DNA of 64,000 nt, taken from NCBI GenBank assembly GCA_963784645.1, contig CAWARY010000003.1, positions 62,561 through 126,560 of the forward strand. Reading direction: 5' to 3'. This document shows, in pieces, positions 32,914-44,420 of the stretch; within the stretch, counting starts at the first letter, position 1; each line of letters opens with the position of its first letter. Source of the DNA: an uncultured Actinomycetota bacterium (GTDB lineage Bacteria; Actinomycetota; Actinomycetes; JACCUZ01). The position numbers and the translations under genes were made by a program. Below the pieces are notes generated by a model. The model saw only the letters and a list, made by a program, of their open reading frames with translations. It had not been told where the DNA came from and searched no databases.

Positions 32914-34386
32914 TCAGGTGGTCGGCGGCACGCGCTCGGCCGCCGCCTGCCAGGCGGCTCGGTCACCCGAGGGCTGGTACCGGCGGACGTCCTGCGTCCG
33001 CCTGAGCAGCCCGCGCAGCCCGGCGAGGTCGTCGGGTGCCGCCCCCAGGGCGCGCGCCTGGACCAGCACGTTGCCGAGCGCGGCGGACTCGACCGGTCCG
33101 GCGTCGACGGGCAGGCCGCAGGCGTCGGCCGTGAGCTGGCAGAGCAGCTCGTTGCGCGCACCACCGCCCACCAGGTGCAGGACGTCGACGTCGCGCCCGG
33201 CCAGCCGCCGGGCGTCGTCCACGGTGCGCCGGTAGGCCAGGGCCAGGCTGTCGAGGATGCAGCGCACCACCTCGGCCCGCGTCTGTGGCGCCCGCTGCCC
33301 GCTGCGGACGCAGACCTGCGCGATCCTGTCGGGCATGTCTCCCGGGTGCAGGAACACCGGGTCGTCCGGGTCGATCAGAGCCGTGAAGCGCGGGACCGCC
33401 GCCGCCGCCGCGAGCAGGGCAGGCAGGTCGGCGGGTGTGCCGGCTGCTTCCCAGGTGCGCAGCGCCTCCTGCAGGATCCAGAGCCCCATGACGTTGCGGA
33501 GGTAGCGGACCGTGCCGTCGACACCGAGCTCGTTGGTGAAGTTCGCCCGCCGGCTCTCCTCGGTCAGGACGGGCGCGTCGAGCTCCAGGCCGACCAAGGA
33601 CCAGGTACCGCAGGAGACGTAGGCGAACCGCTCGTCCCGGGCGGGTACGCCCACGACCGCGGAGGCGGTGTCGTGCGAGCCGACCTCCCACACGGGAACC
33701 GGGCCGGACAGCCCGGTCGCCGCCAGCACCTCCGGCAGGAGGTGGCCGAGCCGGCTACCGGGTTCGCGCAGCTCGGGCAGCAGCGCCGGGTCGAGCCCCA
33801 CGGCTTCGACCAGCTCGGGCGACCAGGTGCGGGACCGGACGTCGAGCAGCCCGGTGGTCGACGCGTTCGTGAGCTCGGCCGCCTGCTCCCCGGTGAGCCA
33901 GAACCCGAGCAGGTCCGGCACGAGGAGCAGCCGGCGGGCGGCCGCCAGCTGGGGGGTGTGCCGGGCCGCGGCGAGCTGGAAGATCGTGTTGATGGGCAGG
34001 AACTGCAGCCCGTTGAGCTGGTAGAGCCGCTGCTCACCCAGGTCCACGGCGGTCTTCTGGGCGATCCCGTCGGTGCGCTCGTCGCGGTAGTGCACGGGGT
34101 TGCCCAGCAGGGCGCCCGACCCGTCGAGCAGCCCGTAGTCGACGGCCCACGAGTCGACCCCCACGCCGTCCAGCCCGCCGGACGTGCGCCCGGCGGCACG
34201 CAGGCCGTCGAGCGTCCCGGCCCACAGCGCCAGGATGTCCCAGTGCAGGGTGCCCCCGGCCCGCACCGGCCGGTTGGCGAAGCGCAGCACCTCGGTGAGG
34301 TCGAGGCGGTCCGGGTCCACCGCGGCCACCATGACCCGGCCGCTCGATGCGCCGAGGTCGACTGCGGCGACCCGGACCGATGTCAC
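32914..34386 (-). CDS. rhaB: Rhamnulokinase
   Basis: VDLGASSGR, DSWAVDY, HYRD, SHDTASA, GTWSL, FTNE, GGG. Confidence 0.93.
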   Translation of the reverse strand: MTSVRVAAVDLGASSGRVMVAAVDPDRLDLTEVLRFANRPVRAGGTLHWDILALWAGTLDGLRAAGRTSGGLDGVGVDSWAVDYGLLDGSGALLGNPVHYRDERTDGIAQKTAVDLGEQRLYQLNGLQFLPINTIFQLAAARHTPQLAAARRLLLVPDLLGFWLTGEQAAELTNASTTGLLDVRSRTWSPELVEAVGLDPALLPELREPGSRLGHLLPEVLAATGLSGPVPVWEVGSHDTASAVVGVPARDERFAYVSCGTWSLVGLELDAPVLTEESRRANFTNELGVDGTVRYLRNVMGLWILQEALRTWEAAGTPADLPALLAAAAAVPRFTALIDPDDPVFLHPGDMPDRIAQVCVRSGQRAPQTRAEVVRCILDSLALAYRRTVDDARRLAGRDVDVLHLVGGGARNELLCQLTADACGLPVDAGPVESAALGNVLVQARALGAAPDDLAGLRGLLRRTQDVRRYQPSGDRAAWQAAAERVPPTT

Positions 34387-34394
34387 GTCCCGAC

Positions 34395-36431
<2,037 letters not shown>

Positions 36432-36461
36432 CGGTTCTCGCTCTGCTCGTCGGGTCGGAGG

Positions 36462-37628
36462 TCAGGCGCCCCAGCCGGCCTGCTGGCCGCCGGTGCGCTC
36501 GGTGCGGATCCGCTCGAAGTAGCCCGAGCGGTGGTACGCGGCGACGGGGTCGGGGTCGATGCCCTGCTCCTCGCGCAGCTCGGCCAGGAGTGGGCGGACG
36601 TCGGTGGAGTAGGCGTCCATGAGGACGGCGTTGGCCGCGAGGACGTCACCCGAGCGCTGGGCGACCGCGAGGGCGTCGGCGTCGACGAGCAGCGCCTTCG
36701 CGGTGGCCTCCTGGACGTTCATCACCGAGCGGATGATGGCCGGGATCTTCGCCTCGATGTTGTGGCACTGGTCGAGCATGAACGTGATACCGGCCGCCGG
36801 GTCGAGAGCGCCGCCGAGGACGATCTCGTGCATGATCCGGAACAGCTGGAACGGGTCGGCCGCGCCGACCATCAGGTCGTCGTCGGCGTAGAAGCGCGAG
36901 TTGAAGTCGAAGGCGCCGAGCTTGCCGGCCCGGGCCAGGAACATCACGATGAACTCGATGTTCGTGCCGGGCGCGTGGTGGCCGGTGTCGATGACGACCT
37001 GGGCGCGCGCTCCGAGCTCCAGGCAGTGCGCGTAGGACGTGCCCCAGTCCGGGACGTCGGTGGCGTAGAACGCCGGCTCGAACAGCTTGTACTCCAGCAG
37101 CATCCGCTGGTCGCCGGTGAGCCGGTCGTACACCTCGCGCAGGGCCTCGGCCAGCCGGTCCTGACGTTGCCGGAGGTTGTCCTGTCCCGGGTAGTTCGTG
37201 CCGTCCGAGAACCAGAGCTTGAGGTCGCGGGACCCGGTGCGGTCCATGATGTCGATGCACTCGAGCAGGTGGTCGGTGGCCTTGCGTCGCACCCCGGGAT
37301 CCGGGTTCGTCACGCTGCCGAGCATGTAGTCAACGTCCTGGAACACGTTCGAGTTGACCGTGCCGAGGGTGACGCCCTGCTGCTTCGCGTAGTCAGCCAG
37401 CTCGCCGAAGTCGTCGACGCGGTCCCACGGGATGTGCAGCGCCACCGAGGGCGCGACACCGGTGAACCGGTGCACGGTCGCGGCGTCGTCGATCTTCTCC
37501 TGCGGGGTCCGCGGGACGCCCTCCTGGGGGAAGACCTTGAACCTGGTCCCCGAGTTGGCGTAGCCCCACGAGGGCGTCTCGATGGTCTGCTGCCGGAGGG
37601 TGGCCCTGACGGCCCGGACGTCGCTCAT
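36462..37628 (-). CDS. rhaI: L-rhamnose isomerase (RhaI type)
   Basis: ETPSWGYANSGTRF, HIPWD, EYKLFEP, DTGHH, DDDL, DQCH. Confidence 0.95.
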   Translation of the reverse strand: MSDVRAVRATLRQQTIETPSWGYANSGTRFKVFPQEGVPRTPQEKIDDAATVHRFTGVAPSVALHIPWDRVDDFGELADYAKQQGVTLGTVNSNVFQDVDYMLGSVTNPDPGVRRKATDHLLECIDIMDRTGSRDLKLWFSDGTNYPGQDNLRQRQDRLAEALREVYDRLTGDQRMLLEYKLFEPAFYATDVPDWGTSYAHCLELGARAQVVIDTGHHAPGTNIEFIVMFLARAGKLGAFDFNSRFYADDDLMVGAADPFQLFRIMHEIVLGGALDPAAGITFMLDQCHNIEAKIPAIIRSVMNVQEATAKALLVDADALAVAQRSGDVLAANAVLMDAYSTDVRPLLAELREEQGIDPDPVAAYHRSGYFERIRTERTGGQQAGWGA

Positions 37629-37671
37629 GCTGAACCCCTTGGTTCGTGCCGGTGGACTGTGCGCGGGCATC

Positions 37672-38763
37672 TCATCCGGCACCTCGGCCGCGACGGACGC
37701 TGTAGGCGTTCAGCAGCGCGGAGAGGACGAGGAGTGCCCCGAGCGCGAAGAGCTGGAACTGGCTGCCGTCCGAGCCCTCGAAGGCGAGCAGGATCCCGGC
37801 GTTGAGCCAGACGACGAGCAGCGCCGCGATGATGACGCCGGCGACCCGGCCGATGCCACCGGAGATGGCGACGCCGCCGAGGACCGCGATGGTGATGGCG
37901 GGCAGCGCCATCCCGCTGCCCGCGCTGCCGGCGTCCGGCCGGGCGGAGGCGAACTGGGCGACGGTGACCACCCCGACCACGGCCGAGAGCAGGCCCGACG
38001 TCACGTAGGCGAGGAAGCGGGTCCGGCGGACCGGGATGTTGGCGAACCTGGCCGCGACGTCGTTCGTGCCGATGGCGTAGAGCCGCCGGCCGTACGCCGA
38101 CCGGTTGACCACCAGCCACACGACGACGGCCACCGGCAGCAGGAACGTCAGCACCTGCAGCGGCAGGTCGGGGGCCACGTCGCCGACCAGCGGAAGGGTC
38201 ACGCTCTGGGTGAGCGAGTGGACGTCCTGGATCGGCTTGGTCGAGATGGGGGCGTTGTTGTGGCTGACCAGCGCCACCGCGCCGAAGGCGTAGTAGGTGG
38301 CCAGGGTGGCGATCAGCGCCGGGAAGCCCAGGTAGGCCACCAGGACGCCGTTCACGGCGCCGAGAGCCACGCCGACCAGCAGCGTGACGACCAGGGCCGG
38401 GAGGACCGGCCAGCCCCACAGGCCGACCATCGCCCCGAACGCCATCCCCGAGAGGCTGACGATCGAGCCCACCGAGAGGTCGATGCCGCCGCGGCCGGAC
38501 ACGATCACGACCAGCTCGGCCAGCGCCAGCAGGCACAGCGGCACCAGGGTCTCCAGCGCCGACGCCAGGTAGTCGACGTCGTAGGGAGCGACCAGGTAGC
38601 CCTGCCGGCCCATCACCCAGAACCAGACGACGACCACGACGAGCAGCACCGAGAGCAGGGCCACCCGCTCGGCGAGGACCAGGTCGAGGAGGCGGCGCCA
38701 GCCGCTCTCCCGGTCGGGGCCGGCCGCGGGCGGCTGCTCCGGCGCGACGGTCTGTGTCGTCAT
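37672..38763 (-). CDS. Sugar ABC transporter permease
   Basis: GIDLSVGS, YAIGTN, LGGVAISGG. Confidence 0.92.
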   Translation of the reverse strand: MTTQTVAPEQPPAAGPDRESGWRRLLDLVLAERVALLSVLLVVVVVWFWVMGRQGYLVAPYDVDYLASALETLVPLCLLALAELVVIVSGRGGIDLSVGSIVSLSGMAFGAMVGLWGWPVLPALVVTLLVGVALGAVNGVLVAYLGFPALIATLATYYAFGAVALVSHNNAPISTKPIQDVHSLTQSVTLPLVGDVAPDLPLQVLTFLLPVAVVVWLVVNRSAYGRRLYAIGTNDVAARFANIPVRRTRFLAYVTSGLLSAVVGVVTVAQFASARPDAGSAGSGMALPAITIAVLGGVAISGGIGRVAGVIIAALLVVWLNAGILLAFEGSDGSQFQLFALGALLVLSALLNAYSVRRGRGAG

Positions 38764-39755
38764 GCCGCACTCCTCCGTCGTTCGCGGACGATGTCGACAC
38801 CGACGGCCACCAGGATGGCCACGCCGATGAACAGCTCCGTCAGCTCGCTGCGCCAGCCCAGCAGGGTGATCGCACTCGTCACGGTGCCGACCAGAAGCGC
38901 ACCCAGCAACGTGCCGAGAACCGTGCCGCGACCACCGAGGATGCTGGTGCCGCCGATCACCACCGCGGCGATCACCTGAAGCTCCAGGCCGGTCCCGGCG
39001 TTCTGCTGCACCAGGCCGCCGCTCCCGATCAGCACGCAGCCGGCGATGCCCACGAACAAGCCGGTCAGGGCGTAGGCGGACAGCAGCCGCCGTCGTACCC
39101 CGATGCCGGCCAGCCGTGCCGCTGCCGGGTCGTTGCCGATCGCATACCAGTGCCGCCCGGTGGCCCAGTAGCGCATGTAGACCCACATCAGTGCGGCCAG
39201 CAGCATGGTGACCCACCACGCGTTCGGTACGCCGATGGTCTCCCCCGCACCACCGCCGCCGATGCCCGCGAACGTGTCCGGCACACCGGTGACCTGCTTG
39301 TTGTCGAACAGGCGCAGCGCCAGGAAGCGGAACAGGTTGAGGGTGCCGAACGTCGCGATGATCGGATGGATGCCGCCGAACGCGATCAGGAGACCGTTGA
39401 CGATCCCCAGCGCGAGTCCGACCAGCACAGCCACGGCAAGGGCCTCGGGCAGCGGCGCCCCGCTGTCGCGGATCAGCTTCGACACCACGACCATCACGAC
39501 CGCGGCGCCGCTTCCGACCGAGACGTCGATACCGCCGGTCACGATCACGGCGCTCATGCCGATGCCGACCAGCGCGACCGGTGCGACGGAGTAGAGCAGG
39601 TCGCTCAGGTTGGACGAGGTGAGGAAGGTGTCGGTGCCGACAGAGAGGGCCAGCCAGAGCACGGCCACGACCGCGACGAGCGCCAGCTCCTGGCCCTCGA
39701 CGGCGCGGGCGACGGGACGTCGGGGAGCCGTCGCGGCACGGGTCAGGGCGGCCAT
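38760..39755 (-). CDS. Sugar ABC transporter permease
   Basis: GGIDVSVGS, YAIGND, ELQVIAAVVIGGTS. Confidence 0.92.
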   Translation of the reverse strand: MAALTRAATAPRRPVARAVEGQELALVAVVAVLWLALSVGTDTFLTSSNLSDLLYSVAPVALVGIGMSAVIVTGGIDVSVGSGAAVVMVVVSKLIRDSGAPLPEALAVAVLVGLALGIVNGLLIAFGGIHPIIATFGTLNLFRFLALRLFDNKQVTGVPDTFAGIGGGGAGETIGVPNAWWVTMLLAALMWVYMRYWATGRHWYAIGNDPAAARLAGIGVRRRLLSAYALTGLFVGIAGCVLIGSGGLVQQNAGTGLELQVIAAVVIGGTSILGGRGTVLGTLLGALLVGTVTSAITLLGWRSELTELFIGVAILVAVGVDIVRERRRSAA

Positions 39756-41311
39756 CAGGCGCTCCTCTCGCCAGCAGGATCGGCGTCCCCGGCGGCGGCC
39801 GCCAGCAGGTCGGCCGCGCGCGTTCCTCGCGGGAACGTGGCGGTCACCGTGCCGCCGCGAACGACCAGCACGCGGTCGGCGAGGTGCTGCACCTCGGGCA
39901 GGTCGGCGGACACGACGAGGACCGCCGCACCGGCGTCGGCGAGCTCGACGATGATCCGGTGGATCTCGTCCTTGGCGCCCACGTCGACGCCCTGGGTCGG
40001 CTCCTCCAGCAGCATGATCTGCGGGCTCTCGACGAGCTGACGGGCGAGCACGACCTTCTGCTGGTTGCCGCCGGAGAGGTTGTCGACACGGGTGGCCGGG
40101 CCGGGGGCCTTGATGCGGATGCGCTTGATGAAGTCACCGGCGATCTCGCGCTCGCGACCACGATCCATCCAGAGCCCCCACCGGCTGAGCAGCCGCAGGT
40201 GACCGCTGGAGATGTTGAACGCGATGCTCTTCGTCCCGAAGACTCCCTGGACCTTGCGGTTGGCGGGGAGCATCGAGATCCCGTGGCCCACGGCGTCGGC
40301 CGGTGACCGCAGCGACACCTCGGTCCCGCTGATGCGGACCGAACCGCTGTCGGCGGGGGTGATGCCGAAGAGGGCCCGGATCACGTCACCCGCACCGCTG
40401 CCGATCAGGCCGTAGAGGGCGACGATCTCCCCGGCCCTGATGCTCAGGTCGACGTCGGCGAACTTCGGCGAGCGGCCGAGCCCGGTCACCTCCAGCACCG
40501 GTGCACCATCGGGCACCTCGCGCTCGTTGGTGCCCGTCTCGAGGGTGTGGCCGACCATCAGCTCGGCGACCTCCCGGACGGACAGCGAGTCGGTGGGCCT
40601 GCTGGCCACGACCAGGCCGTCGCGCAGCACCGTGACGCGATCGGTGATCTGGGCCAGCTCGTCGAGCCGGTGGCTGATGTAGATGACGGCGACGCCGGCC
40701 TGCTTGAGGCCGCGGACCGCGGCGAACATGGTCTCGATCTCGCGGTCGGTCAGGATCGCCGACGGCTCGTCGAGGATGAGGATCCGCGCGTCGTGGGAGA
40801 GCGCCTTGGCGATGCTCACCAGCTGCTGCTCGGCCACGGGGAGGTCGGCCACCCGGACGTCGATCAGGTCGCGGTCCAGGCCGACCCGCTCGAGCAGCTC
40901 GACCACCCGGGAACGCTGGGCGCGCCGGTCGACGACGCCGGCCCGGCGGACCTCCCGGCCGATGAAGACGTTCTCGGCCACCGTCAGCTCTCCGAACAGC
41001 TGCGGTTCCTGGTAGACGGTGGCGATGCCGGCGCCCAGGGCGGAGATGGTGCTGCCGGTGGCCAGCGGCTTGCCGTCGATCTCGATCGAGCCCCGGTCCG
41101 CCGACTCCGCACCCGCAATGATCTTGATGAGGGTGGACTTGCCGGCCCCGTTCTCACCGACGACCGCGTGCACCTCACCGGCCTGCAGGTCCAGGTCGAC
41201 GCCCCGGAGGGCGTGCACGCCGCCGTACCGCTTCTCGACGCCGCTGAGCCGTAGGACGGTCGGCTCGCCGGACTGTTGCGCCGTCCCGCCACCCGGGTGG
41301 GTCGTCGTCAT
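39755..41311 (-). CDS. Sugar ABC transporter ATP-binding protein (two ABC domains)
   Basis: GENGAGKS, LDEPS, ISH, LSGGNQQK. Confidence 0.95.
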   Translation of the reverse strand: MTTTHPGGGTAQQSGEPTVLRLSGVEKRYGGVHALRGVDLDLQAGEVHAVVGENGAGKSTLIKIIAGAESADRGSIEIDGKPLATGSTISALGAGIATVYQEPQLFGELTVAENVFIGREVRRAGVVDRRAQRSRVVELLERVGLDRDLIDVRVADLPVAEQQLVSIAKALSHDARILILDEPSAILTDREIETMFAAVRGLKQAGVAVIYISHRLDELAQITDRVTVLRDGLVVASRPTDSLSVREVAELMVGHTLETGTNEREVPDGAPVLEVTGLGRSPKFADVDLSIRAGEIVALYGLIGSGAGDVIRALFGITPADSGSVRISGTEVSLRSPADAVGHGISMLPANRKVQGVFGTKSIAFNISSGHLRLLSRWGLWMDRGREREIAGDFIKRIRIKAPGPATRVDNLSGGNQQKVVLARQLVESPQIMLLEEPTQGVDVGAKDEIHRIIVELADAGAAVLVVSADLPEVQHLADRVLVVRGGTVTATFPRGTRAADLLAAAAGDADPAGERSA

Positions 41312-41327
41312 GGCACTCCTCCGAGAG

Positions 41328-41360
41328 GGTCGGGCCGCCGGGGGTGCCGGCGGCCCGACC
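41328..41360 (-). terminator. Stem-loop after the substrate-binding protein gene
   Basis: GGTCGGGCCGCCGG-N5-CCGGCGGCCCGACC, a 14-bp stem. Confidence 0.65.
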
Positions 41361-41367
41361 TACGGCG

Positions 41368-42414
41368 TCAGTAGGGGAACTGGTCGACGTTCTCGGAGGT
41401 GATGCGCAGCGCCGGCCCGAGCAGGAGGGTCTTGGTGGCCGCGTCGTAGCTCGCGTCCGGCACCTCCGCCTTGAGCTTGTCGTCGGGGTCGAGCGACCCG
41501 TCGGTGGCGAGCTGGTTGCCGGCCCACGCGGTGAGGTAACCGAGCTTCTCGACGTCCCAGAGGATGGCCGCGCTGGACGACCCGTCCGAGAGGTACGGCT
41601 TCATCGCCTGCGGGGTGCCGAGACCGACGGTGAACACCTTGCCGATCTTGCCGGACTCCTTGACCGCCTTGGCGACGCCCGGCGCGGACGAGGTGCACTC
41701 GCCGACCAGCCCGGTCAGGTCCGGGTGGGCGTTCATGAGGTTCTTGGCCATGGAGACGGCCTTGGCCTCGTCCTCACCGGCGTAGACGGTGTCGACGATC
41801 TCGATGTCGGGGTACTTGCTGGCGGTGTACTCCTTCTCCACCTTGATCCAGGAGTTGAGGTTGGCCGCGGTCTGACCGCAGGAGACGATGGCGTACTTGC
41901 CCTTGCCACCCATCTGCTCGGCGAGCGCGTCGACGATGGCCTGGCCGATGCCCTCGGCGGTGGCCTGGTTCACGAAGACCTCGCGCGGCGAGTTGGGCGC
42001 GTCGGTGTCCGAGGTGGCGACGTGGATGCCCTTGTCCTTGGCGTCGGTGAGTACCGGAGCCATCGAGTCGGGGTCGTTGGGCGCGACGAACAGCGTGCTG
42101 ACCTTCTGCTGGATGAGCGACTTCACGATGTCGGTCTGCGCACCCGGGTCCGCCGTCGTGGACCCCTTGTAGATCCACGTGATGCCGAGGTCCTGCGCGG
42201 CCTTCTCGCCACCGGTGTTCATCGCCTCGAAGTACGGGATGCCCTGGAGCTTGGGGACGAACGCGACGCTGACCTTGCTCGCGCTGCTGTCGCCACTGGC
42301 GCTGGAGCCGGAACCGGTGGCGGTGGTGTCGTCCTTCTTGCTGCAGCCGGTGAGCGCCAGTGCACCGGCGAGCCCGACAGCCAGGACGACGGACGCCTTC
42401 CTCGGAGCCTTCAT
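41368..42414 (-). CDS. Sugar ABC substrate-binding lipoprotein (LsrB/RhaS-like)
   Basis: Lipobox LTGC, VAFVPKLQGIPYF, ILWD periplasmic-binding fold pattern. Confidence 0.9.
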   Translation of the reverse strand: MKAPRKASVVLAVGLAGALALTGCSKKDDTTATGSGSSASGDSSASKVSVAFVPKLQGIPYFEAMNTGGEKAAQDLGITWIYKGSTTADPGAQTDIVKSLIQQKVSTLFVAPNDPDSMAPVLTDAKDKGIHVATSDTDAPNSPREVFVNQATAEGIGQAIVDALAEQMGGKGKYAIVSCGQTAANLNSWIKVEKEYTASKYPDIEIVDTVYAGEDEAKAVSMAKNLMNAHPDLTGLVGECTSSAPGVAKAVKESGKIGKVFTVGLGTPQAMKPYLSDGSSSAAILWDVEKLGYLTAWAGNQLATDGSLDPDDKLKAEVPDASYDAATKTLLLGPALRITSENVDQFPY

Positions 42415-42467
42415 GCGACTTCCTTTCCCTGTGCGCCTGCAGAGGCGGCGCGAGCGGGGTCAGTGGC

Positions 42468-42556
42468 TTGAATCGTTCAAACCGATGTGACGGCAAAGTT
42501 AGGAGGGCGTGAACCGCGCGTCAAGAGGTTCGGCGAATATTCTTGACACGTTTCAG
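42468..42556. promoter_or_regulatory. Two candidate LacI-family operators in the divergent promoter
   Basis: TTGAATCGTTCAAA (42468-42481) and TTGACACGTTTCAG (42543-42556) resemble the CG-centred palindrome TTGAAACGTTTCAA. Confidence 0.65.
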
Positions 42557-42598
42557 TCAGGTGGGCATGGTTCAGGGACCGACGGAGAGGGGCACCGG

Positions 42599-43669
42599 GT
42601 GCCAGCCGGGATCAAGGACGTCGCCGCCGCGGCGGGCGTCTCGGTAGGAACCGTCTCCAACGTCCTCAACCGACCCGAGGTGGTCGCGCCGGCGACCCGC
42701 GAGCGCGTGCAGGCGGCGATCAGCAGGCTCGGGTTCGTGCGCAACGAGTCCGCGCGTCAGCTGCGCGCGGGGCGCAGCCGCTCGATCGGCCTGGTCGTCC
42801 TGGACGTGGCCAACCCGTTCTTCACCGACGTCGCGCACGGGGTCGAGCAGGTCGCGGACGGCAACGCCACGATGGTCGTCCTGTGCAACACCGGCGAGAG
42901 TCCGGATCGCGAGCGGCGTCATCTCGAGATGCTCGAGCAGATGCGCGTCCTCGGAGTGCTCATCACTCCGGTCGATGCCAAGAGCCGCTTGATCGAGGCG
43001 ATGATCGGACGGGGGATGCCGGTCGTCCTGGTCGACCGGCGGTCGGTCCGCCGCAACCGCTGCTCGGTCGCCGTCGACGACGTCCTCGGCGGGCGGCTCG
43101 CGGTCCAGCACCTGGCCGAGCAGGGTCACCGCCGGATCGCCTTCGTGGGCGGCCCCTTCTCGCTGCCCCAGGTGGGCGACCGCCACGCGGGCGCGCTGAG
43201 CGCGCTGGCCGGTTCGGAGGCGGACGACCTGCTCGTCGTGGAGACGGCCAGCCTGACGCTCCCCGCGGGCCGACAGGCGGCGGCCGAGATCGCCGCGCTG
43301 CCCGCCGGTCACCGGCCCACCGCGGTCTTCTGCGCCAACGACCTGCTTGCCCTGGGCGTGATGCAGGAGCTGACCCGGTCCGGGCTGCGGGTCCCGGGCG
43401 ACGTGGCCGTGGTCGGCTACGACGACATCGAGTACGCCGCCGGAGCGGTGGTGCCGCTGACCTCGGTACGTCAGCCCCGGGAGCTGCTCGGCCGGACCGC
43501 CGCGGACCTGATCTTCGAGGAGGTCGAGCAGGGCGGCGGCCACCGGCACCGGCACGTCGTCTTCGAGCCGGAGCTGGTGGTCCGCGAGTCGAGCGCACTG
43601 CGCCGCCGGCCCAGGGCCCGGCGCGGTGGTCCGCGCCCAGCGGCCGCTGCGCCTGCGGTGGCGAGCTGA
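42599..43669 (+). CDS. LacI-family regulator of the rhamnose cluster
   Basis: IKDVAAAAGVSVGTVSNVLN HTH, NPFF, CAND, GYDD, LTSVRQP. Confidence 0.93.
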   Translation: MPAGIKDVAAAAGVSVGTVSNVLNRPEVVAPATRERVQAAISRLGFVRNESARQLRAGRSRSIGLVVLDVANPFFTDVAHGVEQVADGNATMVVLCNTGESPDRERRHLEMLEQMRVLGVLITPVDAKSRLIEAMIGRGMPVVLVDRRSVRRNRCSVAVDDVLGGRLAVQHLAEQGHRRIAFVGGPFSLPQVGDRHAGALSALAGSEADDLLVVETASLTLPAGRQAAAEIAALPAGHRPTAVFCANDLLALGVMQELTRSGLRVPGDVAVVGYDDIEYAAGAVVPLTSVRQPRELLGRTAADLIFEEVEQGGGHRHRHVVFEPELVVRESSALRRRPRARRGGPRPAAAAPAVAS

Positions 43670-43670
43670 C

Positions 43671-44420
43671 ATGCGCATCGCTCTGTTCGTCACGTGCCTG
43701 GCCGACGGGCTGTTCCCCGCGGTCGGGCGCGCCACGGTGACGCTGCTGGAGAGACTGGGTCATGAGGTGGTGTTCCCCGAGGGCCAGACCTGCTGCGGGC
43801 AGATGCACACCAACACCGGCTACCAGCGCCAAGCGCTCCCGCTGGTGCGGCACCACGTCGACACCTTCGAGCCCTACGACGTCGTGGTGGCGCCGAGCGG
43901 CTCGTGCGTCGGCTCGGTACGGCACCAGCACGCGATGGTGGCGAGGCGGTCCGGTGACGCGGCGCTGGCGGACCGCGCCGAGGCGGTCGCAGCGCGGACG
44001 TACGAGCTGTCCGAGCTGCTCGTCGACGTGCTGGGCGTCGAGGACGTCGGCGCCCACTTCCCGCACCGCGTCACCTACCACCCGACCTGCCACTCGCTGC
44101 GGATGCTCCGTGTCGAGGACAAGCCGTTGCGGCTGTTGCGCAACGTGCGGGGCATCGACCTGGTCGAGCTGCCCGACGCCGACCAGTGCTGTGGCTTCGG
44201 CGGCACGTTCAGCATGAAGAACGCCGACACCTCGACCGCGATGCTGGCCGACAAGATGCGCCACGTGCTCGGCACCGGCGCCGAGGTCGTGTCGGCGGGC
44301 GACGCGTCCTGCCTCATGCACATCGGCGGCGGGCTGTCCCGGCTGCGCACGGGCACCCGCACGCTGCACCTGGCCGAGGTCCTGGCCTCCACGGAGGAGC
44401 ACCCGGTGGGGGCGGCGTGA
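43671..44420 (+). CDS. lutA: Lactate utilization protein A (Fe-S, CCG domains)
   Basis: QTCCGQ, SGSC, YHPTCH, CCGFGGTF. Confidence 0.9.
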   Translation: MRIALFVTCLADGLFPAVGRATVTLLERLGHEVVFPEGQTCCGQMHTNTGYQRQALPLVRHHVDTFEPYDVVVAPSGSCVGSVRHQHAMVARRSGDAALADRAEAVAARTYELSELLVDVLGVEDVGAHFPHRVTYHPTCHSLRMLRVEDKPLRLLRNVRGIDLVELPDADQCCGFGGTFSMKNADTSTAMLADKMRHVLGTGAEVVSAGDASCLMHIGGGLSRLRTGTRTLHLAEVLASTEEHPVGAA

